Assembly: GCA_964016885.1 (NCBI GenBank)
Contig: OZ024741.1
Coordinates: 380,804,001-380,868,000, forward strand
DNA length: 64,000 nt
Source: Eledone cirrhosa
Taxonomy: Eukaryota
Direction of reading: 5' to 3'
Part shown: positions 10,902 through 24,030 of the stretch, in pieces
Numbering within the stretch: position 1 is the first letter of the stretch
How the letters are laid out: each line of letters begins with the position of its first letter
The notes under the pieces: model-generated
The model's input: only the letters and a program-made list of their open reading frames with translations
Databases searched by the model: none
Told to the model about the DNA's origin: nothing
Program-made: the position numbers and the translations under genes

Positions 10902-11494
10902 GGTTCAGGAAGCGTTCCTTAAATAGGTCAAATCCTATGTGGGTATGGCGGAGGGCCGATTTAAGGAATGCTTCCTGAACCATCAGTCGACCTTTAGGTA
11001 CCCGGCAAACGATCATCTACGAAACTCGCGAGCCACGCATGGTCCCTCAAGGACTCAGGTATAGACTACTCCATTCAATTGAAAGCCATCACTAAGTCGA
11101 AGCCATACGCAATCCGTCTTGTGGACTGTGTATTGAAGAAAGGATAAATATTCTAAGGAGATTACGCAATAGCGATTGCCTAAATTCAAGAAACGAAATT
11201 TTCTCACGTTGTACACGCGTCTGGAAACACCTCTTGCATAACTACAAAGTTCCGGATTGAATAACAGCATTCTAATTTTCTAATCAACTCGAATATCTTT
11301 TCCGTACTTTCGCAGTTATCTCCCTTACACCTTTCACCCGTGGCCTTGTATCGCTTGGGTGAAGCGACCGTTTCTGCGCATGCGCGTCCATACGGTTGTT
11401 ATTCTTGTTCCGTATAACTATGACCAGTCTGAGCTGAAGATCCGCTAAGGTGAAACAATTGTTCCCAGTATGGTGAACTAACTGTTGTGTTACT

Positions 11495-11500
<6 letters not shown>
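10899..11500 (+). mobile_element. second Penelope-like family: GIY-YIG C-terminal fragment + 3' terminus abutting (TA)n
   Basis: 10930-11240 translates (with frameshifts) KSYVGMAEGRFKECFLNHQSTFRY...LASHAWSLKD...CGLCIEE...CLNSRNEIFSRC. A hammerhead motif lies at 11429-11468 and (TA)n starts at 11498. Confidence 0.8.
11429..11468 (+). ncRNA. minimal type-I hammerhead ribozyme motif in the Penelope 3' terminus
   Basis: ctgag-CTGAAGA-tccgctaaggt-GAAAC-aatt-GTT-cccag. The core is intact, stem III is palindromic (ACAATTGT), and stem I has one mismatch. Confidence 0.7.

Positions 11501-11586
<86 letters not shown>
11498..11586. repeat. (TA)n microsatellite; similar tracts at 7941-7990, 8207-8255, 11795-11861, 23978-24027, 27758-27795, 28853-28894
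   Basis: Direct reading. Confidence 0.95.
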
Positions 11587-11587
<1 letters not shown>

Positions 11588-11791
11588 CTTTCCCCTGTGT
11601 TGTTTACTTGTCTCACTCGCTTTACGCGTTTTAATTGTCCTAATAACTTATTTTAGTTATTATTGCACCAACGTGAGGTATATGATTTTTAATGCAATGA
11701 ATACCAATGACCGTTGGCAAATCACTGATGAGGGACTCATTTTATAACATGTTATCCATGTGCAACCATGCAGTATTCTTCTCCCCATATT

Positions 11792-11863
<72 letters not shown>

Positions 11864-12719
11864 CTTAGTGTGTATATAAGTATAGTACTTATTCTGTCTC
11901 TCCGATTTTAGCATAATTAAATTGTTCTCTGTAAAATATTAGATATGTTGCTTCCTGTGATATTGGCAGTGTTCAATGCTCTGAGGTCTTGGATTTTTAG
12001 CTCCTATTCTCTCTACAGCCACATGATCATTATATATTATTTCCCTCTTTCTCTCTCTCTCTCTCTATATATATAGATAAATCCACTCATGTTTTAACAC
12101 GGCGCCTTGAAGTTGGATTTATCAATTAGGTCGAATCATGCAAAATCCAGGTTGTGGTCTGTAGATATTGGTAGTTGAAGACTGAAAATTACAGAGCATA
12201 ATATTTAATTCAGAAGACATAACCAATAAGCGGTTTTAAATCAGTTAAAGCCACTTATTTCCACGACTGTTTCGATTGACTTAATTAATTTGTCACATAA
12301 TAATTTCTATGATACAAACATCACTCGGCACCTCTTCAGGAAAACATAGATTAGATGAGTAACTTGTCTCATTAACTTTGCCTTTCATCCTTACGGGGTC
12401 GTTAAATAAAGTACAGTAATGCACTGGGTAATTGCTGGCCTTGTACCAAAGGTAGAAACAATTATGTTATTACACAAGCAAGCGTTCCTGAAGAGTAGGA
12501 AAACATTAAGAGCAGGAAAATGAAATATGAAAATAAAGAAAGCTAAAATGAGTCATGTGGTGAAAAGGTACATAAATTAGAGCATTGTTTAGGAAGAAAA
12601 GTATTGTTAGAGTGAGTTAGGCAGAAATATTTCATTTATGTGCATTGATATTCATTATGGTGTTAGGTATATTTAGTGATATTCTCCATGACTCCATATA
12701 CATGTATAACATATTATTC

Positions 12720-12907
12720 GGTGGATTGGCAGTATTGGTAGAGGGTCGGACGCCATGCTTTCCAGCATAGTTACGTCCCTTTACGATCTGAGTTCAAATC
12801 CCGCCGAGGTTGACTTTGCCTTTCATCCTTACGGGGTAGATAAAATAAAGTACCAGTAATGCACTGGGTAATTGCTGGCCTTGTGCCTAAAGTAGAAACA
12901 ATTATTA
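12720..12907 (+). mobile_element. full-length young tRNA-derived SINE (Meta-type core)
   Basis: A-box tggcagtattgg, B-box gagttcaaatcc, core gcctttcatccttacggggt(c)gataaaataaagtaccag, (att) tail. Near-identical to 53022-53211. Confidence 0.9.
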
Positions 12908-13221
12908 TATACTAACACTAATTTATGTGAGAAAAGTGAAAAGTATTTTCTGTTGAAATTCCAACTGCGTGTTGATATGTAAAAACGTAATAAATATAAT
13001 CAGAGGACAATCAATATTAAATCACCGCATTTACCCAGTCTATTTCAACATGATATTTCTAGGTTAGCATCCCATAATCTTGAAATATCATGTTGAAATA
13101 TACTGGGTAAAAAACATTACTTTGTTTTGTTTTATTTGTCATGCCTTATACAAGGTTTCTGAAATTCTCACCAAATGTTTACATATCTCACAATACTTCA
13201 TATTAATTACACTACTACTCT

Positions 13222-13265
<44 letters not shown>

Positions 13266-13355
13266 TTTTTTTTACTATATTGCAAAAAATGGGATGAATG
13301 GACAAAACCTATTTTCCACACTGTAGGCAATGCAATATCACGCATAAAGCTGGTA

Positions 13356-13530
13356 ATCATCATCATCATCGACTAACGTCTATCTTCCATATTAGCATGG
13401 GTTAGACGGGTTTGTCTCAATTAGAGGCAAGTTGTGTCGGGTGAACATGTCTTGCTCATATAGGAAATTTTGTGGCTGGTTTCTACGACTGGATGCCCTT
13501 CCTAACGCTAACCATATTGACAGTGTGAGA
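13356..13530 (-). mobile_element. RTE 3'UTR/tail fragment
   Basis: Reverse complement contains ggttagcgttaggaagggcatccagtcgtagaaa and ends in (gat)n. Confidence 0.75.
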
Positions 13531-13556
13531 TTGCATAATATATGTCTACAGATATG

Positions 13557-13750
13557 GGTGGTGGATTGGCAGTATCGGTAGAGGGTCGCACGCCATGCTT
13601 TGACGCATAGAGTTACGGCCCTTGCCATTCTGAGTTCAAATCCCGCCGAGGTTAACTTTGCCATTCATCCTTACGGGGTCGATAAAATAAAGTACCAGTA
13701 ATGCACTGGGAACTTGCTGGCCTTGTGCCTAAAAATAGAAACAATTATTA
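13557..13750 (+). mobile_element. full-length young SINE
   Basis: Same A/B boxes, core and tail as 12720-12907. Confidence 0.9.
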
Positions 13751-13977
13751 TTTTTATTATTATTGGCGACCTACGTAGGAAATCGTATTATCGTGAGCTC
13801 CGCAAAGGTTTGTTGTTTTCAGTTGTTTAATATTGCTATTTATAGAAAATTTTTATTGTTAACTGTATATAAGTGCACATACATTGTTTTCTGAAAAGAA
13901 CACTCAAAAAGATTGGGGCCTTGAGCCCAAAATTTAAACTTTTATAATTATCAAACAAAAATTTCTTTGAAAAAATC

Positions 13978-15879
13978 ATGGACGACTCACAGTCACACCT
14001 TCCTCACAAACTAACACCTCACACTAACACCACCATTGTAAATATTACTACGTTTGCCAACACTAAAAATATAAGCAGTAGCAATATTTTAAATTTGTCT
14101 CATGCAGACATTCATTTCCCGCCATTACCAATGACTGCAGGTGTTGAAGCCGCTACCCCCACCACAGCGACAACAGAAACAAAAGAAAAAATAAATTATC
14201 TCGTGACATCGAAATGGATTCACCCAGAATAGACTCTTCCACACCGAACACCACTGACGCCACCAACACCACAACTGAAACTAAAAATAACAATAACAAA
14301 AATAACAATAACAACAACAGCAATGAGAATAACATCCTGTCATTTGCGAAGGCAGCCAAGAAATGCGAAACAATCCAGGTGACTCAGGAGGAATTAGATG
14401 AAGCCAAGAGAATGGTAAAGAAAGATGGGTACAGGGTCAGCAAGCCCCCCCCCCCCACTCACACACGCCACCACCAAATAAAATAGAGCATCGGCGCATG
14501 TGCACTGTGTCTTATCCGACGATTAACATAAAATCGCGCCGAGTGGAACGGGCATCCGAGTCCCAAATCCAAAAAGCTTTGGGACATGTGTGGGCAAAAA
14601 AAACCCACATCAGACGTGGGCAGAAATATGGAACCGTGGACGTGTTCTTTGGAACACCACAGGAGGCCAGAGAGCACTCCATGGCCCCATTAAGAAGCGA
14701 CAACTTCACATTCATCCCAAGCTATTGTAGCCAGACACTCGTAAAGATAAGGGTGACCCGGTTCCACCGGCCATCGAAATTCCCTGGCTAATGGCTGCCG
14801 TCCTCGCCGGCATCGAGGCCAACACCAAAATAATAGAAGCAAAAAAAAAAGCAGGAGAACTGGTCCGGATCTGGGATGGAGCTCCTGATCCAAGCGGACC
14901 AGAAAAGCATTGAGGAGATCCCAGAGGTAATAGACCTCACTGACGGCAGCCACCTCACCGTAATCGTCGAGGGCAGAAGGCCTAGGTGTGTCGTTTGTGG
15001 TGAAGAAACCCACCTAAGGGCTTTCTGCTCTCAGGGTAAAAGGTTGAGGCCACCTCTCTTACCCACCCCAGTGACTCAACTATCAACACCACCAGCAGCA
15101 GAAATGGCAGCAACAACTGTAGCAGCAACAACAGAAGCAACTGTAACAGCAACAACTCCAGCAACAGTAACAATACCAACACCACCACCACCCAACGCAC
15201 CAGAACTAGCACCTGCGCCTACACCATCCACCACGCCACAACCAACACCAACGCCTGTGGAGGATTTTCCACTCCCCGACCTATCGCAACTGGAGACAGA
15301 TTGTGACGACGAGGAGTGGGAAACGGTATCAGGTAAAAAAAAAAAGAAAGAGTCCAAAAAAGAAAAAATTCTCTTCCTTCCCCCTCCAAAAACAAAATAC
15401 AGAGGGAAACAAATAAACTATCAAACAAAAAAGTTAGGACAGCTATACCACCATGCACACCAGCATCACCAACCCCATTACCACAAACACCAACACCATC
15501 ACCATCATTAACCCCAACACCACCATCACCAACACCACAAAAGTCACCAAAAAGCGAAACAGAAACAAACCCTCAATAAACTCAAACAAAACAAAACACA
15601 GCAATAAATTTGAACAACAACCAATTATTACACTACATCCAACACAACACCAGCATCACAGAACAAGACTACACAACAACCCAAAAGTTCACACCACCTC
15701 CACACATACAAATCACTCGCAACACACAGAAAACGTACACGACACTTAACAAAAATTCCCCAAAGACATTGGAGACTTCCGACAAGCACTCTCCATGTGG
15801 ATTTATAAGGACATGCTTCCGGAGGAGGCCAGAAGCAGTGAAAAGGATGGACAAACCATCCTTCCTCTACGAGAAGTAA
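13978..15879 (+). pseudogene. Tx1 ORF1 (gag-like; CX2CX4HX4C zinc knuckle; low-complexity T/P/N regions), frameshifted
   Basis: PRCVVCGEETHLRAFC in ORF 14876-15511. Upstream RRM-like segment ...IRRGQKYGTVDVFFGTPQEA... The exact start is uncertain. Confidence 0.7.
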
Positions 15880-15918
15880 GGGAAGTGGTCTTTCCCATCT
15901 TTTCCACTCCATTTCAAC

Positions 15919-18809
15919 ATGACCTCACTCAGAATAGGCAGCATAAATGCGCGTGGCTTGGGGTCGTCATGGAAGCAGGGCCACCTTCTCAACGACCTCA
16001 GGTCACTAAACATAGATTGTTTATGCCCCGACAGAAGCAGGGCGGCCTGATTTCTTCCGGCGTCTGGAGACCTTTCTTGGAACGTCCCGCTCTTTAGTGT
16101 TAGGGGGCGACTGGAACGGGATCTTAGATGCACGCTGGGACTGTGTGGGATTAGCGGATAGGGGAAGAGGGTGCAAGAGCCTCACCAACCTGCTCAGGCG
16201 TTTTGAACTGTCTGACAGGTACCGAGTGGATTTTCCCAATGTGCCAATGTGGACTTGGACAAATTGTATAGGGTCATCCAGATCATATCTAGATAGAGTA
16301 TTTTGTAGGGAAATAGATAGGTCTAGCATAGGCTGTCCACAATTCAAGATAGTCAGCTACACGGACCACACATTCGTGATCTGTGTGCTTGACTTAGATA
16401 GGCTTCATAGACGAGGACTTGGCTACTGGAAGCTAAACGCGTCCTTACCAGCGCGCAAGGCCTACAGAGACCGGATTAGCGAACTAGTTAAGCGGGCGTT
16501 GACGGGGGCCATCGTGAACAACAAGTGGTGGTTTGCTCTGAAAAGAGCAATTAGAATAGAGTCCATTAGGTTTAGTAAGACTTTAGCAATAGAGAAAAAT
16601 ACAGCAGAGGGAGAACTAGTTAGAAAATTAGACGAGGCGCTTAGCAAAGGCATCGCGACCGACGTACTTGCGGCTAAATTGGCCCTTGACCAATTCTTCA
16701 ATGCAAAGCACAAAGGCTGCGTTCTCAGAGCTAGGGTGCGTGCTCTCAGACACGAGGGGGACGAAAGCCGTTAAATGGACCCGAGTGGCGGAGGCGCGTC
16801 GTGGCAACAAAGCCACGATCCGGTCTTTGGAGGACCACGACGGGCGCATGCTACTCGATCACGGGCAAATGTGTGAAGCTTTTCAGTGACATTTCGCACA
16901 GCTGTTCGGGGGCAGCGGCGGGCCGGATCGAGGGATGGACTTTAGTGTCTACCTCGACGGACTGCCGCGGCTCTCGACGACTGAGGCGGAGTGTTGCGAA
17001 AAGCCGATAACAGCCGCTGAAGTACGGGAGGCAATGACTGGCTGCACAATGGGTAAATCGCCTGGTTTGGATGGTCTGCCCTATGAACTTTACGTACAGA
17101 TGCCAGACTTGTTCGGCGGACGTCTACCGCAACTGATAACAGAACGGGAGAATTCCCAACTCCATGAGCCGACGAGCTCTGGCGCTGCTGAGAAAGGATC
17201 CGAACAAGCTGGATAACATAGATATAACAGAGGCTGGATCTCTGCCATGCACAGCGACATCTGCTCTGTGGTGAGAGTGGACGGTCACCTTTCGGAACCG
17301 TTCAACATCATGCGCTCGGTCCGCCAAGGATGTCCCCTCTCGTCCCTCTTGTACGTATTGACTCTCGAGCTATTACTGCACAAACAGGAAACGTTGAGGG
17401 GGGTCCCGCGCGAACTAGGATGCGGAATATCTGTGTCAGCATATGCGGACGATGACACCGTAGTGGTGTCGAACGCCAAACACATCGAGGCGATCGGTAC
17501 TACACTAAGAGAATACGAAGCGGTGACAGGAGCAATGATCAACCAGGAAAAGTCAGTGGGCCTGCAGCTCGGCACCTGGAGAGGCAGGTACATGCCGTCC
17601 AACAGCGTCGTCGGGCGCTGGACGGACGGACCGGTTAAATTGCTAGGGGTCTGGTTCGGTCCGGACCTCCAGACGGACAAGAACTGGGACGCAGTGACGA
17701 GCAGGGTGGCTTCTCTCACCCAGAAATGGGCGGAGGGGAAGCAATCCCTGAAAGGTCGAGCGGAGGTGGCTAACGCCTACATCGCGTCCGTCATCCACTA
17801 CCGCCTGACCGTCGTACCTTGTCCTAAGCCCCGCCTGACTGCGCTGGAGCGTTTGCTCTTTCGCTTTTTGTGGAAGGGACGCGCTCCGATGGTTAGGCGG
17901 TCCATCTGCTGTCAACACCCGCTACGTGGAGGGCTGGGCATGCCGTGGCTGATGATGCGCAGACACGCGCTCAGGTTATGACATCTCCACCTCTTCCTCG
18001 ACGGTGATCAGGTGTGGTCGCCGTTTGCTAGACACGTCTTTCCCCAGCTCGTCTCCTTGACGGAGCTGCAGTCTTGGGTCAAGCGAAGACCGAGAGGGAG
18101 CGCTTGGAGACTGGAATGTCTTCAGGCGCTCACAGCCCTCGACCAATTGGGCAATGTGATCGGTGGAAACTCCACCTTGGCTTTCTCTAGAGGATTAGTG
18201 GAGGGGAAGAGCGACGACGTATTTGGAGAAACTCTAGGCGTCGACGAAAATCAACTAACCAATCTCTTCGGAAGGACTTTCGGGCCGGGGCCTATGGACA
18301 ACTTCCAGAAATCCCTGGCCTGGCAGTGCTACCGGGGGGCTTTGCCAGTTCGGGATAAACTCTACAGGCATGGAGGTGCCGTCAGCTGGGCATGTCCGAG
18401 ATGCGCGCAGGGCGACGAAACCGTCCTGCACGCACTCGTCCAGTGTCCGAGCATTGCTGACTTGTGGGTTCATGTCGAAGACATGCTGTCACGTGTAGGA
18501 CGGATCCAGCTATCAGCTGAGTCCATCGTGAGGATTGAGCCGCCCTCTTCCTTTAGCCAGGAAGGGCAGGCAGTTTTTATCTGTCTGGTGGCCATGGCGA
18601 AAGAGATAGTATGGTGGACACGTTTGAAAGGGCTGAAGACGAGCACTTACCTCTTCGGTGATGCCCTGATTAACTTTTTCAAATTTCATTTGAAAAGGAA
18701 AAACAGGGTAGAGATGGAAGTGCTCTCTTCCCAGCATTTTGTTGAAAGATGGGTGAGAGAAGCAAGTATGGCCCGAGTGAATGGGCCTACTCTGAGTATG
18801 TGTCTGTAA
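15919..18809 (+). pseudogene. Tx1 ORF2: AP endonuclease, reverse transcriptase, C-terminal Zn finger; stops and two internal deletions
   Basis: Motifs MTSLRIGSINARGL; VYAP; GGDWN; SYLDR; YTDH; YWKLN; KSPGLDGLPYE; SVRQGCPLS; AYADD; LLGVWF; CPRC...HALVQC. Deletions near 16017 (EN) and 17222 (RT segment that is present in the copy at 63820-64000). Confidence 0.92.
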
Positions 18810-19041
18810 ATTAAAGGTGGAAAACTGGGAGAGGGCACTTGCCCTGGGTGTCAGGGTCACTGTGATCTTTTAATGGGCTTTCTCCACAAATGTCCCTCCG
18901 AAGTCTCCCCCCTATTGGGGAATTTTTCTTTGTTATTTTATTACATCCTCTGTTTTTTTACACGCAGAAATGCCCATTTGTACTGTCCTGTACTGTCCTT
19001 AATGTCTACTTTATGTAAACCCTTGTGGTTAATAAAGAAAA

Positions 19042-19077
<36 letters not shown>

Positions 19078-20821
19078 TATTTTCTTCAATTTTCTATGCT
19101 GGCATGTATTGCATGGGATATTTTGAAATAATGCTTCGCGGCTGAATGCTCTCCCTGATGCAAACCATGAAATGCCTCGTATGAAATGCAGGGATACAGT
19201 ATACATATTATAGAAGCTGGGATACACAACACATGACTCAAGACTTCAAAAATGGAAAGGCACACTCAATATGTAATCATGGATTTACAAGGAAGGATGA
19301 AATGGTGATGGTCAAGGAGGGAACAACATTTGTTTTTACTTGGTAGGTCTGGTGGAAGTGGCAGTGTTCTTTACCAGCTCTCTAAGACTGGAGTGATTAA
19401 TGCTATTCATCATCATCATCATCCTCGTTATCATCACCACCACTGTTTGACTTCTATTTTACATGCTTGCATGGATTAAGTGATTTATCTCGTCTAGGTG
19501 TCAGGCTGGTAAGGTGACTTCATTTTGTTCATACATTCCTGCTCTATTTTCTCCAGCTAGATACCAACCAATTCACAATGTGTTCTGTGTGCATTTTATT
19601 TTGATACTACCAGTACCAATTGACTTCTGTTTAAATAGTTGCAAGTTCACTCTTTTGTAAAAAGCAAGATTTACACAATTTAGATTGACAATGGTGTAAA
19701 CAAGAAATCACCCCAATTATCAGTTAACTTCATTTCAGTCTAGAGACGTAAAATTTATCTTAATGAGGTGTTCTGTCTGACATGTTATACTTCATTTCTT
19801 CATGACTGCATGTTTCCTTTATTACACTGTTACAACATAATATATTTTAAAGTTGATATAAGAAGAATTGAACCAGAAGACATGACATTAGTGTTTCAGC
19901 TGACATTTCATTGCCTATATACTGTTGCAATTGATTTCAAAGCAGGCTGTGAAAAATACATATCAATATCAATTAATGAAAATAGAAAATAACAAGATCA
20001 ATTCTTTGTGATAATCTCATGCGCTTGATGATGTTCTTCTGTTTTGTAATTAAATTTCAATAGCTTCTCAGAGTTCTTTCGATATTCTTTGTATTGTTCT
20101 TATAAAGTAATTACATATTTCCATTATATATTGCATATTTCCATAGCCAATAATCCTAAAAGCAAGAAATATTTTATAAGGCTGAAGTTCACACTATATA
20201 ACCTACAAACTAGTGCTATTATTTTTATTTATTTATTTATTGCAACAAAAGATTTCCTGTTCAGAGCAATACTAAAAGCACATTAATAATCAGTGCTGAT
20301 AAAATGTCACCTACTTCTTAGTACGCTATTAATAAGAAAATGATATACTTCTTGTGTTGTTATGTTTGTGATCTGCATATGTACCATTCATATATCTATA
20401 TGTGTATGTACTGCAGTGCATTAGGAATTTACCAACACACTTATGCACAAAATATATGCCTATACATATATGTCTATATATATATATATATATATATTAT
20501 AGTAATAATAATAAATGTGAATAATATATATATACAGATATATGTAAAGAAAGTTGTAGTAAAATGATGATGGTGAAGAAGCATGTATATGTGTGAGTGT
20601 TAGTGCGAATAAGAAGGATTTCCTTCTTTGTTACAACATACACACATATACAGATGCCGTTGGTGCAAAAACAAATATATCAAATGATGTATATTTTCCC
20701 CTTACAGATAAATTTTTTTATTATTTACTCATTTATTTCAGATGTTAATTGATATGGAAATATATCTATATCACACGTATCTCTCATATATGTGTATCAT
20801 ACACACACACACATACATGTA

Positions 20822-20949
20822 TATATATATAATTGTTTCTAATTTTGGCACAAGGCCAGCAATTATCCCAGTGTATTACTGGTACTTTATTAGTAATAAC
20901 TGGGATAATTGCTGGCCTTGTGCCAAAAGTAGAAACAATTATATATATA
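20822..20949. repeat. hairpin formed by a SINE tail and its inverted copy (~59-bp arms, 11-nt loop)
   Basis: aattgtttctaattttggcacaaggccagcaattatcccagtgtattact / agtaataactgggataattgctggccttgtgccaaaagtagaaacaatt. Confidence 0.9.
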
Positions 20950-21129
20950 ATAGAAAAAAACAAGGAAGTTTCGTTTACATACGAATAATATTCATTACGT
21001 ATCGAACTATTACGCGTGATTCACAGAGGATTGGCTCAAGGTGCCACATACGAGTTATGGACCCGACTGAAGCATACATATATATAATATAAACCATCCC
21101 AACCTCACCTTCCCATACATCTCTCATGA

Positions 21130-21652
21130 GGACAGGCTGTAGCATACATCCAGTGAAGCCTCCAGCCCACACTGTAAGGAGGTCGTGATGACGACATGGC
21201 AAAAAGCACCCAGCCCACCCTGAAAAGTGATTTTGTTGGTGTCACAACAAAAAGCACCCAGCAGAGATTCTAAATGTGGTTGGCATTAGGAAGGGCATCC
21301 AGCTGTAGGAACCAGGCCCAAAACAGTTTTGTGTGAACAAGTCACAGTCACCTGACCCATTACCCAAACAGGACGATCTGTCTAACTCATGCTAGCTTGA
21401 AAAAATATGTCAAATTGTGTTGATGGAGATGATGATGGTATACACGTGTATATATATACCCCACCCCCTACCACCACAGTCCACACTGTAAATATGGTTG
21501 GTGTTAGGAAGGGCATCCAGCAGTAAAAGACCTGCCAGAGACACTTCCGTGCGAGCAAGACACTGTCTCCTGACCATTCCCACATCAAAACTGTCTAACC
21601 CTGCTAGCGTGGAAGATCAAGGTTAAATGATGATGATGATGATGATGATGAT
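21130..21652 (+). mobile_element. two tandem RTE 3'UTR/tail fragments
   Basis: ggttggcattaggaagggcatccagc at ~21278 and ~21495, each followed by a (gat)n tail. Confidence 0.7.
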
Positions 21653-21689
21653 ATATATATATATTTATATTTATGTATATATACACACG

Positions 21690-23900
21690 CACACATATAT
21701 ATATATGTGTTTAATTATAAAAATCTGGATGGAATCAATTTGAAACTGTTGGACCATGATGCAACAGATTACGTGATACTTGGGACAGTAGAGTATGGTT
21801 ATATTATAAAGCTGAGCTCTTGTCATTTCAACAGTTAGTTCCAGACTGTTTGCTGAAGGGCTTGGATGATTTACTGGCTGTATCATCAACAGCGTGGTTT
21901 GTTCAAATAAGGATATACAATATTTATCCAATTGTAAATTCTCTTCATATAAGTGTTAAATTTGTTTCTATATATATGGTTTGGGAGAGGTTTTGTGTGT
22001 AGATATTTAGCTTTGTGAGTGTGTTTATGCATGTATGCATCCGAGTGTATCTGCCCGGTCAACTTGAGATAGAATAATCATGGAATGGGGATGGAGTTAT
22101 ATTTATTGAAAATATATTAGGGCATGTGTGTATGTTTGCCTCCAGGCATGGTTATCACAGCAGGTCTATAGAATTTGTGTCAGACCTAGCAGTAGATCAC
22201 TCTAATCAAAGAAATGTCCTAATTCACTGATTGGTAAATTAAATGCATCTCTCAAAGAAGTGATGTAATGAATGTAATATCTAGTGGAATTTTCTGGTTT
22301 AAGTTTATTTACTAATAACTAAAGTAGCAGGAGTATACATAGATTTGATTTACATAAAATATCCATATTTCGTTGTACTACGGAGTTAGTGGTGGGGATT
22401 ATATCTCGTGTATTTATAGAGGAATAGCTGAAGTGGGTGATTACTATTTATTATGCCATGTAATATGCATATGTTTGTTTTAAGTATGTATATGTGTTCC
22501 AAGGGGGGTCGTGGGGGTTCTCTGCTTGCAATTAGGTATTTTTTGTTCTGTAATAGAATGCTAGAATGGGTGTTGTTTTTTTAATCTCACTATCATAAAA
22601 AATGTTGTGGTACGCACCTATTTAGGAATAAATGTATTTGGCTGAAGGGTTGGATGTGCAGGTTCGATTGGTGCAAGATGAGCTGTTTATGTACTGGATG
22701 TATGTGCCATTAATTTGTTTTGTCAAATAATGGCATGTGTGCTTTGTTGTGACATGGTTGGCTCAAAAGATTCAATAAGAGCTAGTCCTGTGTGCATTTC
22801 TGGGTGCTAGTGGGATCTGTTGGTAAAGTTTATGTGGAGTTGTGCACATTTTTGTGTGAGCACTAGTTCTGTATTTATTTCTGGGTTCTGTTGGGGTCTG
22901 CTATTGGAATGTATATGGAGTTGTGTTCGTTTGTGCATATGTGCTATGTAGACCTAGGTATGTATTTGCCAGTGTGGATGTGGGTATGTACAATGGATGT
23001 TGGGGAAAATGTCTTACCCTTCAGGTTCATGACGTTGAGGTATGTTTGTAAATCCAGCGTTTGCTCGCAGTCACGAGTTCATCCTTTTTTATTTGCAAAC
23101 AACATTTGGATTGTCTCCTCTGAGCATAAATTGTACGGGTGGCATCTTTCTGTATAAGGTTTGACCTTGGACAAGAGATTTCAATTCAGATCATAGGTGA
23201 TGTTATTGTTGCAGCGATGCCAAGTATTGCTAGATTTCTCGTAGCATTTATTGTAGCAAATATTGTAGCATTTCTCCGGGGCAGGTTTCTAAAAGTATTC
23301 TGGTGTTGATAAAACCTTGCTATGAATTCGCAGGCGGTTACTCCGATTTAGGCTTTGTTAATATGTTCTGTCTTGACATTGCACTTGTACATGAGGTTCC
23401 ATTGCTGACCTTTTTTGTTTAAAGGAGAATGTGTTTTGTCCATGCAATTACATGGCCTAAATTCCTCCCAACTGAGGTCAGAATGAGGTTAATTAGAACT
23501 GAGTTTGTCAGTTTTTCAGGACATGATGATTTGTGCGAAGTTGGGTGTGGTGCTGTAAGAAAGTTTGATTGTGTTTTTGTTGAAGATATTGTAGTAAAAA
23601 TGATGTGGTGAGAAATGTTTACTGAAAAGTTTGAAGAAAAACTTCCCAATTGGTATGGTGACTTCAGCATTGTGAGGAGGAATACACCATGTTATGTTAC
23701 ATGAACAGCAACTCCGCCTGCTAATTCTATTAAGGGGGCTTGGGTGGTAGGTAAGTTCTACCTTAAATCTCCTTTTTCATGGGCATGGTTGTAGTGCGAT
23801 GAATGTTCCTGGAAGATCAGATCGTTAGCAGATAGGTTTAATATACAGAGGGAGATATTCTTTAACAAATCTTTAGTTATATTCCTTGGGTGTTTAATTA
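21690..23900 (-). mobile_element. third, strongly decayed Penelope-like (Naiad-type) element
   Basis: Minus strand ~23900-23045 translates KHPRNITKDLLKNISL...; PCNCMDK; NLMYKC...KA*IGVTACEFIARFYQHQNTF; KPY...NLCSEE. The left boundary is approximate. Confidence 0.75.
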
Positions 23901-23966
23901 TATATATATATATGTTTTTTTTATTTTGTAATGAAATAGTTCACTCTTTTCTGCTTTACCTTTTCT

Positions 23967-24027
<61 letters not shown>

Positions 24028-24030
<3 letters not shown>

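Larger units (their letters stand above)
13765..19081 (+). mobile_element. near full-length, inactivated Tx1/L1-clade LINE inserted in a (TAT)n tract
   Basis: ORF1 with a CCHC knuckle, ORF2 with APE-RT-CCHC, AATAAA at 19031 and (att)n at both ends. Confidence 0.9.

Noticed and set aside
7857-11914. ORFs with YIYIYI, RERE, poly-K/M/L/V/S runs (also 1379, 2990, 13080, 27528, 28833, 33240)
   Set aside because: They are translations of (TA)n, (GA)n, (GAA)n, (GAT)n and (CTA)n microsatellites.
12720-12810. tRNA genes
   Set aside because: The A/B boxes belong to SINE heads. There is no cloverleaf, and they are followed by the SINE core and tail.
19909-19947. Minus-strand terminal exon PALKSIATVYRQ*; similar exon-like signals at 7499-7572(+), 37177-37288(+), 48497-48569(-), 58739-58804(-), 60030-60120(-)
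   Set aside because: Splice-like signals are common in AT-rich DNA. There is no recognisable protein, most frames contain stops, and no consistent exon chain could be built.
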